From Candidatus Methylomirabilis limnetica (lineage in GTDB: Bacteria > Methylomirabilota > Methylomirabilia > Methylomirabilales > Methylomirabilaceae): DNA of 6,128 bases. The notes below the pieces were generated by a model. The model had not been told where the DNA came from, made no database searches, and saw nothing but the letters and a program-made list of their open reading frames with translations. Made by a program: the position numbers and the translations under genes. Below, piece after piece: positions 4,966-6,128 of this stretch. Location of the stretch: NCBI RefSeq assembly GCF_003044035.1, contig NZ_NVQC01000005.1, positions 1 to 6,128 of the forward strand. Direction: 5' to 3'. How positions within the stretch are numbered: position 1 is the stretch's first letter; every line of letters begins with the position of its first letter.

Positions 4966-5178
4966 CTAACCGGTAAGGGGGTTGTGCTTCGCCAGGATCG
5001 GCTCCCGATAGCGCTGGAAGCCGTTACGCCAAATCTCCCAGAGGCGCTGATTCTTGAAGGTCCCTTCGGAATAGGCAGCCTCGGGGAGGCCAATTGCCCC
5101 GCTGACCTCCCCTGTTAGCATGATGGCACAGACGCTCACATTGCACCCGAACCATTGGCCGTAATGTCGCGCAGCGGC
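4966..5178 (-). pseudogene. Decayed radical-SAM SPASM-domain fragment (copy 2)
   Basis: The open frame reads ...GQWFGCNVSVCAIMLTGEVSGAIGLPEAAYSEGTFKNQRLWEIWRNGFQRYREPILAKHNPLTG*. It keeps the C-x10-G-x4 spacing of the SPASM motif, but Ala replaces the closing Cys. It also lacks the CX2CX5CX3C block. No radical-SAM core lies upstream. Confidence 0.5.
4993..5076. repeat. 84-bp direct repeat, copy 1 (partner 5357-5440)
   Basis: 77 of 84 positions are identical to 5357-5440 by hand alignment, at an offset of 364 bp. It encodes the shared QRL.EIWRNGFQRYREPIL segment of the two SPASM fragments on the minus strand. Confidence 0.9.
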
Positions 5179-5243
5179 TTATGTTTCGTCAGCGTTGGTT
5201 TCGTGTACGGTTGCTTTGGAGCCGACGTGACACCGTTCTTCAT
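5136..5243 (-). CDS. Small ORF, 35 aa (MKNGVTSAPKQPYTKPTLTKHKPLRDITANGSGAM); speculative peptide gene
   Basis: GGAGGAGG ends 6 nt before the ATG (5243-5241). The ATG overlaps the TGA of the upstream fragment as ATGA. Its 3' third overlaps the SPASM-like frame of 4966-5178 in a different frame, which argues against it being real. Confidence 0.2.
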   Translation of the reverse strand: MKNGVTSAPKQPYTKPTLTKHKPLRDITANGSGAM

Positions 5244-5572
5244 GCGTTTCCTCCTCCTTCCCAGGGTCGTTTCAGACAGTGACGATCGCCCACGCGCATT
5301 CCGAACTTCCCACCACCGCAGGTAGGGGGGTAGTAGCAGACGCTACACTCCTCGGTCAGGATCGGTTCCCGATAGCGCTGGAAGCCGTTACGCCAAATCT
5401 CCCTGAGGCGCTGATCCTTGATGGGCCCTTCGAAATCGGCCACAGCATACCACGTCAAGTCGGTCAGATCAACCCAGCGAGGGGCCCTCACGTCTTCCGG
5501 CTTGTCTGTTCCGTTGTGCCCCAGGTTATCGGCATTGGGGATCATGCGATCTCCCGGCGTCAAGTCTTCCAC
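5240..5572 (-). pseudogene. Radical-SAM SPASM-domain C-terminal fragment (copy 1, 110 aa ORF)
   Basis: The fragment ...DQRLREIWRNGFQRYREPILTEECSVCYYPPTCGGGK carries CX2CX5CX3 with Lys in place of the final Cys. The N-terminal 50 aa are unlike a radical-SAM core. A stop codon lies immediately upstream of GTG 5572. An alternative ATG at 5545 has GGGAG 5 nt upstream. Confidence 0.5.
5357..5440. repeat. 84-bp direct repeat, copy 2 (partner 4993-5076)
   Basis: See 4993-5076. Confidence 0.9.
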
Positions 5573-5990
5573 AATTTAACTGCTGTCTTCACGCAGTCAG
5601 GTTGGCCGCTCCATATATATGGTAGGCTACTGAGCATTGCTTCCCCGTCCTTGTACGCGAAAAACTGCCTTCAGCGTTGCTTTCCTCTCCTGGTTACATA
5701 CCATCGCATGCCGAAGGTGAAGCTTGAGCTTCAAGTTTGCTCTCTGATTGAGTGGCCAGTTGCCAGAAAGCGAGCTCTTGTTGGTAGTGGAAGCCCTTGA
5801 GCCCAGACATGTAGTGAATCTGGGCCTTCACCCATAGTGAAAGCGCGATGGACGATATCCTAAGTCGATTCGGTATCGACAAGCAAACTAAGGACACCGG
5901 CCGTGGCGTTATCCGGCGGCTACAGAAGCTGCGGTACCTGTACGGCGTGATCTGGGCGGAACTCCGATCAAAGGTGCGACTCCCTGTCCG

Positions 5991-6018
5991 AAAATTAAAA
6001 TAAAATAGGGACAGACAC
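5991..6018 (+). repeat. Left-end-type module truncated at the core: AT-rich flank + core copy 8
   Basis: AAAATTAAAATAAAATA (5991-6007) reads outward as TATTTTA TTTTAA TTTT. It is followed by GGGACAGACAC (6008-6018), which is joined directly to the inverted repeat instead of to the hairpin flank. Confidence 0.8.
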
Positions 6019-6128
6019 AATACCGTCCGGCACATAATTTGCCCGGTTTGATTAAGGATCATATCTGAAGGTGGGGAAAAAGCAACAGCAACAGGATTTA
6101 CCGGTTACGAAGGATTGCGGAGGGGTTT
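6018..6128. repeat. Right arm of the perfect inverted repeat (partner 17-127), truncated by the window edge
   Basis: See 17-127. Confidence 0.95.

Noticed and set aside
5279-5800. 173-aa plus-strand ORF.
   Set aside because: It is antisense to the SPASM fragment, whose motifs are recognisable, and it has no motif of its own.
5848-6003. 51-aa plus-strand ORF (MDDILSRFGIDKQTKDTGRGVIRRLQKLRYLYGVIWAELRSKVRLPVRKLK) ending in the AT-rich flank of core copy 8.
   Set aside because: No SD and no family recognised, and its end is supplied by the repeat flank. It could be a truncated gene fragment, but I cannot support that.

Overview
Moderately GC-rich, apparently bacterial mosaic/accessory region in which intact genes are the minority.

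Supported coding content:
- An overlapping two-gene module: 683-1021 (hypothetical) and 1002-1574 (AbiEii/DUF6036-like nucleotidyltransferase-fold protein).
- A secreted cytochrome c + PHM/DBH-like copper monooxygenase fusion (3426-4733).
- A frameshifted excisionase-type HTH gene (3052-3269).
- Two decayed radical-SAM SPASM-domain fragments on the minus strand (4966-5178, 5240-5572).

I saw no transposase, integrase, reverse transcriptase, rRNA, tRNA or CRISPR array.

The dominant signal is non-coding. An 11-nt core (GGGACAGACAC / GTGTCTGTCCC) occurs eight times, five exact and three with 1-2 changes. Its flanks are modular: a conserved hairpin or a TCAATAAATA-type flank on one side, and 1-3 tandem TAT-W-YAC units on the other. 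Two inverted core pairs delimit ~290-bp non-coding elements (127-416 and 2624-2908). These are about 85% identical by hand alignment and share no ORF.

The two outermost cores are direct repeats 5,881 bp apart. Immediately outside them lies a perfect inverted repeat of at least 111 bp (17-127 / 6018-6128) that runs into the window edge. Exchanging flanks at the core reconstitutes an intact element end plus a long perfect palindrome, which is an attL/attR-like signature of site-specific recombination.

This core/iteron/hairpin repeat system is the most interesting thing in the window. Its enzyme is not encoded here. Whether it is a MITE, a cassette-type recombination site or a structured RNA cannot be decided from this sequence alone.
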